Source: Candidatus Eiseniibacteriota bacterium
GTDB lineage: Bacteria > Eisenbacteria > RBG-16-71-46 > CAZEPH01
Assembly: GCA_044229145.1 (NCBI GenBank)
Contig: JBGATO010000037.1
Span: 1-36,175, forward strand
Reading direction: 5' to 3'
Length of the DNA: 36,175 nt
In this document: positions 19,714-27,841 of the stretch, piece after piece
Layout: the number at the start of each line of letters is the position of its first letter
How positions within the stretch are numbered: the stretch's first letter is position 1
Notes under the pieces: model-generated
Told to the model about the DNA's origin: nothing
The model's input: the letters and a program-made list of their open reading frames with translations, nothing else
The model's database searches: none
Translations under genes and position numbers: made by a program

Positions 19714-20736
19714 CGCGCGGACTCCGCAGCCAGGCGCAGCAATGCGCTCTCGATGCGGCCGAAGCAGTCGACCCGCGAGGCGCGCGCGGCCACCAGCGCG
19801 GCGTTGTGCGCCGCCGCCGCCGTGCGACGCCCCGGATCGCCAAGCGCGGCGACCAGACAGCGCGCCAGCGCATCCGCATCGCCTACCGGAAACAGCATGC
19901 CGTTCACTCCGTCGTCGATCCACTCACGATTGGCGGGGATGTCGCTCACCACCGGGAAGGCGCCGCACGCCATGGCCTCGAGCAGCGACACCGAGGTCGA
20001 ATCGCTGCGCGACGCCGACACGTAGACATCGGCAGATTGCAGTGCCGCCGCGATGCCGGATTCCGGGAGCGCTCCGAGGAACCGGGTGCGCGGCAGGTCG
20101 CGCGCGGCGGCCTCGAGGGCGCGACGCAGCGAACCGTCGGCCGCGATGTCGAGCGCGAAGGTGGCCTGTGCCGCGGCGCGGCGCGCCCCGTCGAGCACCG
20201 TCGGGATGTCGTACACCGGCTCGAGGCGCCGTGTGCTGACCACACGCGGCTCCGCGCCCGCCTCGCGGGACGCCGGCGCCCATCTCGGCACGCGCGCGCG
20301 GCACGCCGAGCGCGACCACCGCCTCGGTGAGCATGTCGGCATCGGTCAGCACGAGATCGGCACGCGACAGCGCCCACCGCGCGCGCGCGCGGTGCAACCG
20401 CGACGTCTTCGCCGAGAGCAGCACGTCCGAGCCCCACACGGTGAGCGCGTGCGGATGCGCGCCGGACAGAGCGGCCATGAAGCCATAGTTGGGGACGAAG
20501 TGCGCGTTGACGACATCGGGACGTAGCCGCGCGATCAGCGCGCGCAGCGCCGGCGCGGCCAACGGGTAGCGCAGCGCGCGGGGTAGCGGCAGCGCCGGCA
20601 ACGCATGGAAGGTCCCGGCGAGGTCGGCGGCACGTTCGCACGAGGCTACGTGCACGTCGTGCCCGCGTTCGGCGAAGTAGCCGACCCAGCGGCGGGTGTG
20701 GATGTTTGGCGCATCGCCGAGAACCAGCAGGCGCAT
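19710..20736 (-). pseudogene. GT4 glycosyltransferase split by a frameshift (or an assembly error) near 20280-20305
   Basis: The N-half (MRLLVLGD..HTRRW..TVWGSDV) and the C-half (VVSTRRLEPVY..SDSTSVSLLEAMACG) are in different frames; the 1027-bp span is not a multiple of 3. Confidence 0.75.
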
Positions 20737-20739
20737 GGC

Positions 20740-21717
20740 TCAGTGCGCTCCACCGCGCAGCGCGCGCAGCAGGCGATAGCCCGCCGACTGCACGCGCCAC
20801 ACGGGATAGTCGTAGGGCACGCTCCCCCACGCCTTCTTGAACGCCTCGACGCCGCCACTGCCCTCCGGCGTCGCGCCGAAGTTGTACAGCCGCGCGCCGC
20901 GCGCGACGGCCCACCGCAGGGCGTCGTCGACCAGGACGTTCGAGGGCCGCGCGGTGGCGTGAGCGGGGTCGAGCGCGGTCAGCCAATTGAACACGTGCGC
21001 GCCGCCAAGCAAGTGCAGCGCCGCGCCGGCCACGGCCCCGCCAGCGGTGCGGGCGAGCGCGAGGCGAGCCTCGCCGCGCGGCAGCATGGCGGCGAGCACC
21101 GCATCGTAGAAGACGGCAGGTGGCGGGGCGGAGTCGTGCCGCGCGTAGGTCTGCGCCGCGAGCGCGCGAAAGGCTGTGCGCGCCGCCTCATCGCCGGAGG
21201 CATCGATCGTTACGCCGGCACGTGCCGCCTGGCGCAGTTTCTGCCGCACCGTCACCTCGAATGCCGCCTGCACGGCCACGTAGCCGGCCGACACGTCGAG
21301 CACGCGCGTGCGCGCCGCGCACTGCACGGCATCGCGCTCCAGGCGGACGCGTCCGCCGAAGTCCGCGAGTTCGAGACTGCCGGCCGCACCGAGACCGCCA
21401 CACATCGCGTCGACCAACGCGGCGTGCAGCGCGTCCGCGTCGGGCGCATCGCGCGCCACCAGCGGCTGGCCGTACGCGCCGTACACGCCGGCCGACCGTT
21501 TGACCACCGGGCCGGCGCGCCGCTCTGCCACCAGCGCCGCGCCGCGATAGCCTGCATCGCCCTCGCACAGGGCGACGCGGACGACGGTGGACGGCAAGGT
21601 TGCCACCGCGTGCGCCCAGCCGAGCGTGTGGAACGGCGTCGCGGCATCACTGGCCGCCAGCAGCGCGTCCCAGGCCGTGGCATCGACATCGGCGAGCGCG
21701 CACCAGCGCACCGTCAT
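20740..21717 (-). CDS. GNAT-family (FemAB / CelD-BcsL-like) acyl/aminoacyl transferase
   Basis: WDALL..TPFHTLGW, VRQKLRQAARAGV and YNFG...GVEAFKKAWG patterns typical of polysaccharide-locus FemAB-like GNATs. Start at ATG 21717. Confidence 0.85.
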   Translation of the reverse strand: MTVRWCALADVDATAWDALLAASDAATPFHTLGWAHAVATLPSTVVRVALCEGDAGYRGAALVAERRAGPVVKRSAGVYGAYGQPLVARDAPDADALHAALVDAMCGGLGAAGSLELADFGGRVRLERDAVQCAARTRVLDVSAGYVAVQAAFEVTVRQKLRQAARAGVTIDASGDEAARTAFRALAAQTYARHDSAPPPAVFYDAVLAAMLPRGEARLALARTAGGAVAGAALHLLGGAHVFNWLTALDPAHATARPSNVLVDDALRWAVARGARLYNFGATPEGSGGVEAFKKAWGSVPYDYPVWRVQSAGYRLLRALRGGAH

Positions 21718-21721
21718 CGCG

Positions 21722-23131
21722 TCAGCCCCGGCAGCCGTCGATGATCTCGCCCATGCGCGCGGTGATCTCGGCAGCCTCGAGCGTCGCGGCCTCGCGCGCC
21801 AGCGCCTCCACCGCGGCCCGCACCCCTCCCAGTCGCACCGGCGCGGTGAGCTGGCGAATGCCGGGATGCGTGGTCGGCTGCACGCCTTCGTCCTCTTCCC
21901 ACAACACTTCGGTGAGCTTCTCGCCGGGTCGCAAGCCGGTGAACACCACCGGCACGTCTTCGGGCCGCGCGCCGGACAGCAGGATGAGATCGCGCGCGAG
22001 ATCGGCAATCACCATCGGCTCGCCCATGTCGAGCACGAACACTTCGCCGCCATGACCGACGGCGCACGCCACCAGCACGAGCGACGACGCCTCGCGGATC
22101 GTCATGAAGTAGCGCGTCGCGTGGGCGTCACTCACCGTCACGGGACCGCCGCGCGCGATCTGGCGCAAGAACAGCGGCACCACGCTGCCACGGCTGCCGA
22201 GGACGTTGCCGAAACGCACCGCGCCGAGCCGCGTGCCACCCTCGCTGCCGAGTTCCTGCAAGACCAGTTCGGCGAGACGCTTGCTGCGTCCCATCGCGCC
22301 GGTTGGGTGCACCGCCTTGTCGGTCGAGAGCATCACCAGGCGTTCGACGCCGTGACGTTGCGCCGCTTCGGCGACGTTGCGGGTGCCGACGACATTCACC
22401 GCCAGCGCCTCGGCGGGATACGCCTCCATGTAGTGCACGTGCTTGTGCGCCGCCGCGTGGAACACTAGATCGGGGCGATGACGCGCGAACACGCGGTCGA
22501 GGCCGTCGCCGTCGCGCACGTCGGCGATGATCGGCGTGAGGCGCGTCGTGCCGCCGCGCGCCTTGAGATCGTTCTCGATCTCGAAGATCGAGTTCTCGCC
22601 GCGGCCGAGCAGCAGCAACGAGTCGGCGCCGAAGGCGTGGATCTGCCGGCACAAGTCCGCGCCAATCGAACCGCCAGCGCCGGTGACCATGACGCGGCGG
22701 CCGTGCACCAAGTCGCGTCCGGGCGCCGGGTCGAACTGCGTGTGCTCGCGGCCGAGCAAGTCCTCCGGCCGCACCGGACGAATCTGCTCGACCCGCACGT
22801 CGCCAAGGATGATCTCGCGCAGGCCCGGCACGATCTTGATGGGACGCACCGCGGCTTCGGCCGCGCGGAAGAGGCGGCGCACCACATCGCCAGGCGCGCT
22901 CGGCACCGCGATGAGGAGTTCGTCGGCGGCGGCCGCGTCGGCGTGCGCACGCGCATCGGCGCAGCCGCCGAGTACGCGCAAGCCATCGATCTCGCTGCCA
23001 TGCAGCGCCGCCTCATCGTCGAGGAAGCCGACGGCGACGGCGCCGTATTCGGGATGCGCGCGCATTTCGGCTGCCGCCATGCGGCCGGCTTCGCCCGCCC
23101 CGAGAATCAGGATGCGTCGCAGATTGCTCAC
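21722..23131 (-). CDS. UDP-GlcNAc 4,6-dehydratase, CapD/PglF/WbpM family (soluble form without the N-terminal TM segment)
   Basis: ILILGAGEAG CoA-binding-like domain, then EDLLGR, VTGAGGSIG, FHAAAHKHV, STDKAV, VRFGNVLGSRGSV and GLRPGEKL. GTG 23131 overlaps the upstream stop. Confidence 0.92.
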   Translation of the reverse strand: MSNLRRILILGAGEAGRMAAAEMRAHPEYGAVAVGFLDDEAALHGSEIDGLRVLGGCADARAHADAAAADELLIAVPSAPGDVVRRLFRAAEAAVRPIKIVPGLREIILGDVRVEQIRPVRPEDLLGREHTQFDPAPGRDLVHGRRVMVTGAGGSIGADLCRQIHAFGADSLLLLGRGENSIFEIENDLKARGGTTRLTPIIADVRDGDGLDRVFARHRPDLVFHAAAHKHVHYMEAYPAEALAVNVVGTRNVAEAAQRHGVERLVMLSTDKAVHPTGAMGRSKRLAELVLQELGSEGGTRLGAVRFGNVLGSRGSVVPLFLRQIARGGPVTVSDAHATRYFMTIREASSLVLVACAVGHGGEVFVLDMGEPMVIADLARDLILLSGARPEDVPVVFTGLRPGEKLTEVLWEEDEGVQPTTHPGIRQLTAPVRLGGVRAAVEALAREAATLEAAEITARMGEIIDGCRG

Positions 23132-25404
23132 GGCGCGATGCTCACCACGACCCGTGCCGCCACCGCGTCGCCGCTGACGGTTCCGAGATAGACGCCCGGC
23201 GGCATGCGTTGGCCGTTGGCGTCCTTGCCGTCCCAGATGGTGACGGCTTCGGTCGCCGACTGGGAGGTCACCGCACGCGACGCCACCTTGTGGCCATCGA
23301 GCGTGTAGATGATCGCGGTCGCGGCGCCCGTGAAGCCGACGACTTGGATCGCCGCGGTGGAGCCGTAGCGCGCGGGGTTCGGGCGCACCGCCAGCGTCTT
23401 GACCTCGGTGCCACCACCGCCGCCGCCGCCACTGGTCGGCTGGTAGCGCGAGACGCCGTCGGGGCCGGCCACCCACATCGCCTTCTTGTGCGGGTCCCAC
23501 GCCATCGCGAACACGCGGTTCGAGATCAGTCCCGAGTTCTCCGCGGTGAACGTCTCGGTGACGCTGTAGCTGCCGGAACCGTCGGCCTTCATCACCGCGA
23601 TGCCGCCGGCGGTGCCGACGTACAGCGCATTGTTCGGCCCGAACGACAGCGCGCGGACGTCCGATGACGGCAGGCCGCTCGCCGTGGTGAAGAACTGCAC
23701 CGCGCTGCCGCTGAACTGCACCGCGTTGAGGCTGACGCGCGCCAAACCTTCCGCCGTGGCGAGCCACGCGTTCGACTTGTCGGTCAGGATCATGTAGCAG
23801 TCCTGCTGCGAGCCGAGGCGCGTGAGGTTCACGGTCTTCCACTCGCCGGTGCCCTTCCAATCCCACACCTGCACGCCGCCCGGCCGGTAGCCGATCCACG
23901 CGCGGTCGTAGAGGTCGAAGGTCACCGCCCACACACGGTCGCTGGCGATCGGCGCGTTGCCGCTATAGACGCGCTGCCACGTGGACGGCGGCGCGAAGAT
24001 GTCGAGCCCGTACGTTTCGCCACTGCCCGGATTGTTGTCGTGGGCGAACCACATGCGGCCGTTGCCGTCCTGCCCGATGCCCATCGCCCACGGCACCGTG
24101 AGCCCGCCATCGCTCGGCGGAATCAGCGTGAACGCGAAGGTGTCCGCTTGCGGCACCACCTTGACGATGCCCTGTCCCCAGTTGCTGAACCACAGGCTGC
24201 CGTCCCGCGCGGTGTACGCGCCGAAGTAGAAGTTGTCATCGCCGAGACCTTCGGCGTTGCCGTAGTTGCGCCAGTCCTGCGTCGCGGCGTGGAAGCGGGC
24301 GATGCCACCGAACTTGGTGCTCACCCATGGCATGTCGCCGGCGTCGAACGTGATGCGGGTGCCGCTCTGGTCGGCGACCCGCACCGCGCGGCCGCCCGGA
24401 GCCTGCACGGTGCGCCAGGCGAGCGGCGAGGCGCAAAGCGCGCAGTACGACGCCAGGCCGCTCTCGGTGCCGACGTAGAGATCGCCGGCGGCGGTCAACG
24501 CGGCGCCGCGCGGCGCCAGGCCCGTCGGCGCGCCGAGCGAGGTCCACGCCGTGCCGTCGTGCAGGAAGACCGCGGTGGTGTCGGCGGCGTACAACTGCGT
24601 TGCCGTGCCGGTCAATCCGAACACGCGCGTGAAGCTGCGCGCCTCGGCAGACCACGCGCTGCCGGTCCAGCGGTAGACGTGGCGCAGGCTGGCCGCCCAC
24701 AACGCCCCTTCGGCGATCGCGAACGACACCACGGGCTCGCCGCTCACCAATCCGGTCGACGCCGCGCTCCACGTGCTGCCGCTGAGGCGGATGACGCCTT
24801 GGTCCCCGCCGACCCACAGCTCGCGCTGCGTCGCGCCGGCCTGGCCCGGCTGGAGCGCCAGCACTGCACGCACACCACGCGCGGCACGGGCGATGGGATC
24901 GGTGAGCGTGATGCGCTGCACCTGCGAGAGCCGCAGCAGACCGAGTTCTTGCGGCGACGCGATCCACAGCGAGTCGCCGCCGATGGCGAGCGCGGTGACG
25001 CCGCCGGCCGGCAGGTCGAGGAGCGCTTGCGGTACGATTTCGACCGCGCCATTGCGCGCCAGCCGCGCGAGGTCGGATGCCGCGGTGCCCACCCACACGC
25101 GCGCGCTATCGTCGAGCGTGAGCGCGGTGACGGCATCGGCGGGCAGGCCGTTCGCCCGGAAATAGCTGCGCCACTGCCCGGTCGCGGTATCGAAGCCGCG
25201 CAGGCCGGCGCTCGTCGCGCACCAGACCTCGCCGCCGCGCGCCGTCATCATCGCCGGCGCGGCCGCCGACATGAACGATGTCCAATCCTGCGCGCCCGGA
25301 CCGGGCTGCGGCGGCGGTAGCGTGGCCCGCGCCGGCACCACCGGCAGCGTCCCCAGCGCACCCGCGACCATGACGTACCGCGCGAACCTGCGAAGCTGGC
25401 TCAC
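23128..25404 (-). CDS. PorZ-like secreted beta-propeller protein with C-terminal FlgD-Ig/T9SS-type sorting domain
   Basis: GGAGG RBS before GTG 25404; signal peptide; repeated propeller blades (NGLPADAVTAL, SGLPSSDVRAL, NSGLISNRVFAM, LWVG/LYVGT); Gly linker; tail VRPNP..IYTLDG..WDGKDANGQRMPPGVY. 758 aa. Confidence 0.8.
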   Translation of the reverse strand: MSQLRRFARYVMVAGALGTLPVVPARATLPPPQPGPGAQDWTSFMSAAAPAMMTARGGEVWCATSAGLRGFDTATGQWRSYFRANGLPADAVTALTLDDSARVWVGTAASDLARLARNGAVEIVPQALLDLPAGGVTALAIGGDSLWIASPQELGLLRLSQVQRITLTDPIARAARGVRAVLALQPGQAGATQRELWVGGDQGVIRLSGSTWSAASTGLVSGEPVVSFAIAEGALWAASLRHVYRWTGSAWSAEARSFTRVFGLTGTATQLYAADTTAVFLHDGTAWTSLGAPTGLAPRGAALTAAGDLYVGTESGLASYCALCASPLAWRTVQAPGGRAVRVADQSGTRITFDAGDMPWVSTKFGGIARFHAATQDWRNYGNAEGLGDDNFYFGAYTARDGSLWFSNWGQGIVKVVPQADTFAFTLIPPSDGGLTVPWAMGIGQDGNGRMWFAHDNNPGSGETYGLDIFAPPSTWQRVYSGNAPIASDRVWAVTFDLYDRAWIGYRPGGVQVWDWKGTGEWKTVNLTRLGSQQDCYMILTDKSNAWLATAEGLARVSLNAVQFSGSAVQFFTTASGLPSSDVRALSFGPNNALYVGTAGGIAVMKADGSGSYSVTETFTAENSGLISNRVFAMAWDPHKKAMWVAGPDGVSRYQPTSGGGGGGGTEVKTLAVRPNPARYGSTAAIQVVGFTGAATAIIYTLDGHKVASRAVTSQSATEAVTIWDGKDANGQRMPPGVYLGTVSGDAVAARVVVSIAP

Positions 25405-27110
25405 GACTCGTCCTCCGATTCTCCGCCGGGCGCGGCGCGGCGCGGTGCCGTGCCCTCCCCTGCGGTCAAACTGCCAAGCGGGGCGCGCGCGCGGCGACGT
25501 CGCCGCACCGCGATCAGCGGCACCCCGGCAATCTCTTCCACCGCGCTGCCGGCCGCGATCAGATCGCGCGCCCGTGGCGCCACGTGCACGGCCACCCCCG
25601 CATCGGTGAGCGACGCCACCAGTAAACTGCGCAGCGGCTCCGCCGGATACGGTTCGGCGAGCACGACATCGCCCACCCGCCCCTCGCGCACCGCGTGCAG
25701 CAACTGCCGCAACACCTGCTGCGGTGTGGCATTGGCGAAGCGCGCGCCGGCCGGATCGATCTGCCCGGCGAGCGCGTGGCCGTCGCCGCGCGCCGCCTGC
25801 AGGGCGTCGGCGAGCGGCGCCGTCTGCGCCGGCGTGCCGACCAGCAGCACGCGCCGCACGTCGATGCCGCCATCCGCGACCCGGCGCACCATCGCCGCCA
25901 ACGCGCTCCGCGACAGCGCGGTGAAGACCGCGAGCACCGGGACGAACGTGAGCAGCATCACGCGCGAGAACTTGACGCTCAGCACGAACGTCGCCGCCAT
26001 GAGCAAGATGCCGCTGGTCGTCGCCGCCCGCACCGTACGCCAGAGCAACTCGCCGAAGCTGTCGCGCCACCGCGCATAGAGTCCCTGCGCCCCGAACACC
26101 AGCATCGTCACCGCCGCGACGATCACCAGGAACGACCCGTACGAGGCGAGCGGAAACAGCGGCTTGACGAATACGCGCGCGCCCAGCGATCGCGCGGCGT
26201 AGGCGACGAAGAATGCCAGCACCACCGCGAGCGCGTCGGCCAGCACCAAGCCGACGCCGCGCACCGCGTCCGCGTTCTTCTTCACGACGTACAGCACCAG
26301 CGACCACTTCTCGTAGAACTTGAGTGTCGACGAGAGATGGATGCGCAGGCCGCGCGAGCGCAGGCCGCGCGCCGAGTCGCGCTGGTGGTGATGCACCATC
26401 ACGGCGTCCGGGACGTAGGCGACACGCCAGCCCGCCTGGTGCATGCGATAGCACCAGTCGACATCCTCGAAGTAGAGGAAGAAGCGCTCGTCTGCGGGGC
26501 CGACTTCGTGGACGGCACTGCGCCGCACGATCATCGCGGCGCCGAGCACCCAGTCGACGTCGCGCGGGGTCGCGTGATCCCAATCGAGCATCAGGTGGTC
26601 GCGCACCGCGCGGGCGCGCGGGAACAGCCGGCCGAGCGGGGTGCGCCGCAGCAGGATCGCCGGCAGCGTGTAGAACGTGCGGCACGAGTACTGGAGCGTG
26701 CCGTCGGGATTGCGCAGTTGCGCGCCGGCGAGTCCGACGTCGGGATGCGCGTCCATGAACGCCACCAGCGCGTCCACCGCGCCCGGCTGCGCCACGATGT
26801 CGGGGTTGAGCACCAGCACGTACGGACTGTCGGTCACCGAGAAGCCGTGATTCACGCCGCCCGCGAAGCCCGCGTTGCGCCCCGGCCGTGTCAGCCGCAC
26901 AGACGGAAACTGCGTCACCACCGCCGCCGCCGCGTCGCCGTGCCGCGAGTTGTCCACCACGACGATGTCGCACGTCACGCGCGGCGGCGCCGCAGCCAGC
27001 GACGCGAGGCAGGCGCGCAAGAACTCCGGCGTCTCGTAGTGCACGAGCACGATGGCGAGCCGCGAGGCGGCCTCGCGGGCGGGTGCGCTGGGCGGCGGCA
27101 CGACGCGCAT
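25401..27110 (-). CDS. GT2 glycosyltransferase (WbbL-like) fused to a 4-TM plus CoA-binding-like region
   Basis: IVVVDN, NAGFAGGVN, LNPD, DWVLGAAM and FFLYFEDVDWC motifs; then about four hydrophobic helices and RRVLLVG...EEIAGVPLIA, like the non-catalytic N-part of WcaJ/WbaP. Start at ATG 27110 is inferred. Confidence 0.85.
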   Translation of the reverse strand: MRVVPPPSAPAREAASRLAIVLVHYETPEFLRACLASLAAAPPRVTCDIVVVDNSRHGDAAAAVVTQFPSVRLTRPGRNAGFAGGVNHGFSVTDSPYVLVLNPDIVAQPGAVDALVAFMDAHPDVGLAGAQLRNPDGTLQYSCRTFYTLPAILLRRTPLGRLFPRARAVRDHLMLDWDHATPRDVDWVLGAAMIVRRSAVHEVGPADERFFLYFEDVDWCYRMHQAGWRVAYVPDAVMVHHHQRDSARGLRSRGLRIHLSSTLKFYEKWSLVLYVVKKNADAVRGVGLVLADALAVVLAFFVAYAARSLGARVFVKPLFPLASYGSFLVIVAAVTMLVFGAQGLYARWRDSFGELLWRTVRAATTSGILLMAATFVLSVKFSRVMLLTFVPVLAVFTALSRSALAAMVRRVADGGIDVRRVLLVGTPAQTAPLADALQAARGDGHALAGQIDPAGARFANATPQQVLRQLLHAVREGRVGDVVLAEPYPAEPLRSLLVASLTDAGVAVHVAPRARDLIAAGSAVEEIAGVPLIAVRRRRRARAPLGSLTAGEGTAPRRAAPGGESEDES

Positions 27111-27118
27111 CGCCGCGC

Positions 27119-27841
27119 TCAGTCCAACTTCCCGAACATCGACATGAGACGCAGCCGCCACACCAGGCCGGCCGCCTCCCAAATGATCCTGCGGCTCATC
27201 TTCGAGATGCCAACCCGCCGATCGGTGAACACGATGGGAATCTCCGCGATGCGGAAGCCGCGCCGCCAGCTCTTCCAGTTCATCTCGATCTGGAAGGCGT
27301 AGCCGTCGCTGCGCACGCGCGAGAGGTCGATGGCCTCCAGCACCTCGCGCCGGAAACACTTGAAGCCTCCGGTGGCATCGGCCAGCGGCAGCCCGGTCAC
27401 CAGGCGCGTGTAGACATTGGCCGTGTACGACAACACGAGACGCTGCAGCGGCCAGTTCACCACGGTCACACCATTCACGTAGCGCGAGCCCACCACGATA
27501 TCGGCGTTCTCGAGCGCGGTGAGAAACTGCGGGATGCTGGCCGGATCGTGCGAGAAGTCGGCATCCATCTCGAAGATCGCGTCGGCGCCCATGTCGAGCG
27601 CCACCTTGAAGCCGGCGACGTACGCGGAGCCGAGCCCCATCTTCCCCGGCCGCCGGTGCACGCGCACGCGGCCGTGCGTCACCCGCTCGCGTTCGGCGAC
27701 GTAGTCGGCGGTGCCGTCGGGACTGTTGTCATCGACCACGATGACGTGGAGGTTCTCCACCGGCAACGACAACAGCGCATCGAGCAGCGGCCCGATGTTG
27801 TCGCGTTCGTTGTAGGTGGGGACGATGACGACCGGTTTCAC
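27119..27841 (-). CDS. Polyprenol-monophosphomannose synthase-like GT2 (DPM1/Ppm1/GtrB type)
   Basis: VPTYNERDNI, VDDNSPDGT, GLGSAY, MDADFSHDP, DATGGFK, GYAFQIE and FTDRRVGISKMS motifs. GTG 27841 overlaps the upstream stop. Confidence 0.92.
   Translation of the reverse strand: MKPVVIVPTYNERDNIGPLLDALLSLPVENLHVIVVDDNSPDGTADYVAERERVTHGRVRVHRRPGKMGLGSAYVAGFKVALDMGADAIFEMDADFSHDPASIPQFLTALENADIVVGSRYVNGVTVVNWPLQRLVLSYTANVYTRLVTGLPLADATGGFKCFRREVLEAIDLSRVRSDGYAFQIEMNWKSWRRGFRIAEIPIVFTDRRVGISKMSRRIIWEAAGLVWRLRLMSMFGKLD

Noticed and set aside
23408..23434. (GGC/GGT)n run as a microsatellite or phase-variation tract
   Set aside because: It is an in-frame poly-Gly linker with mixed codons between the propeller and C-terminal domains.
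23128..26973. 1281-aa ORF as one giant protein
   Set aside because: The first ~520 codons overlap the GT2 fusion gene in another frame and are low-complexity. The real start is GTG 25404, with an RBS and signal peptide.
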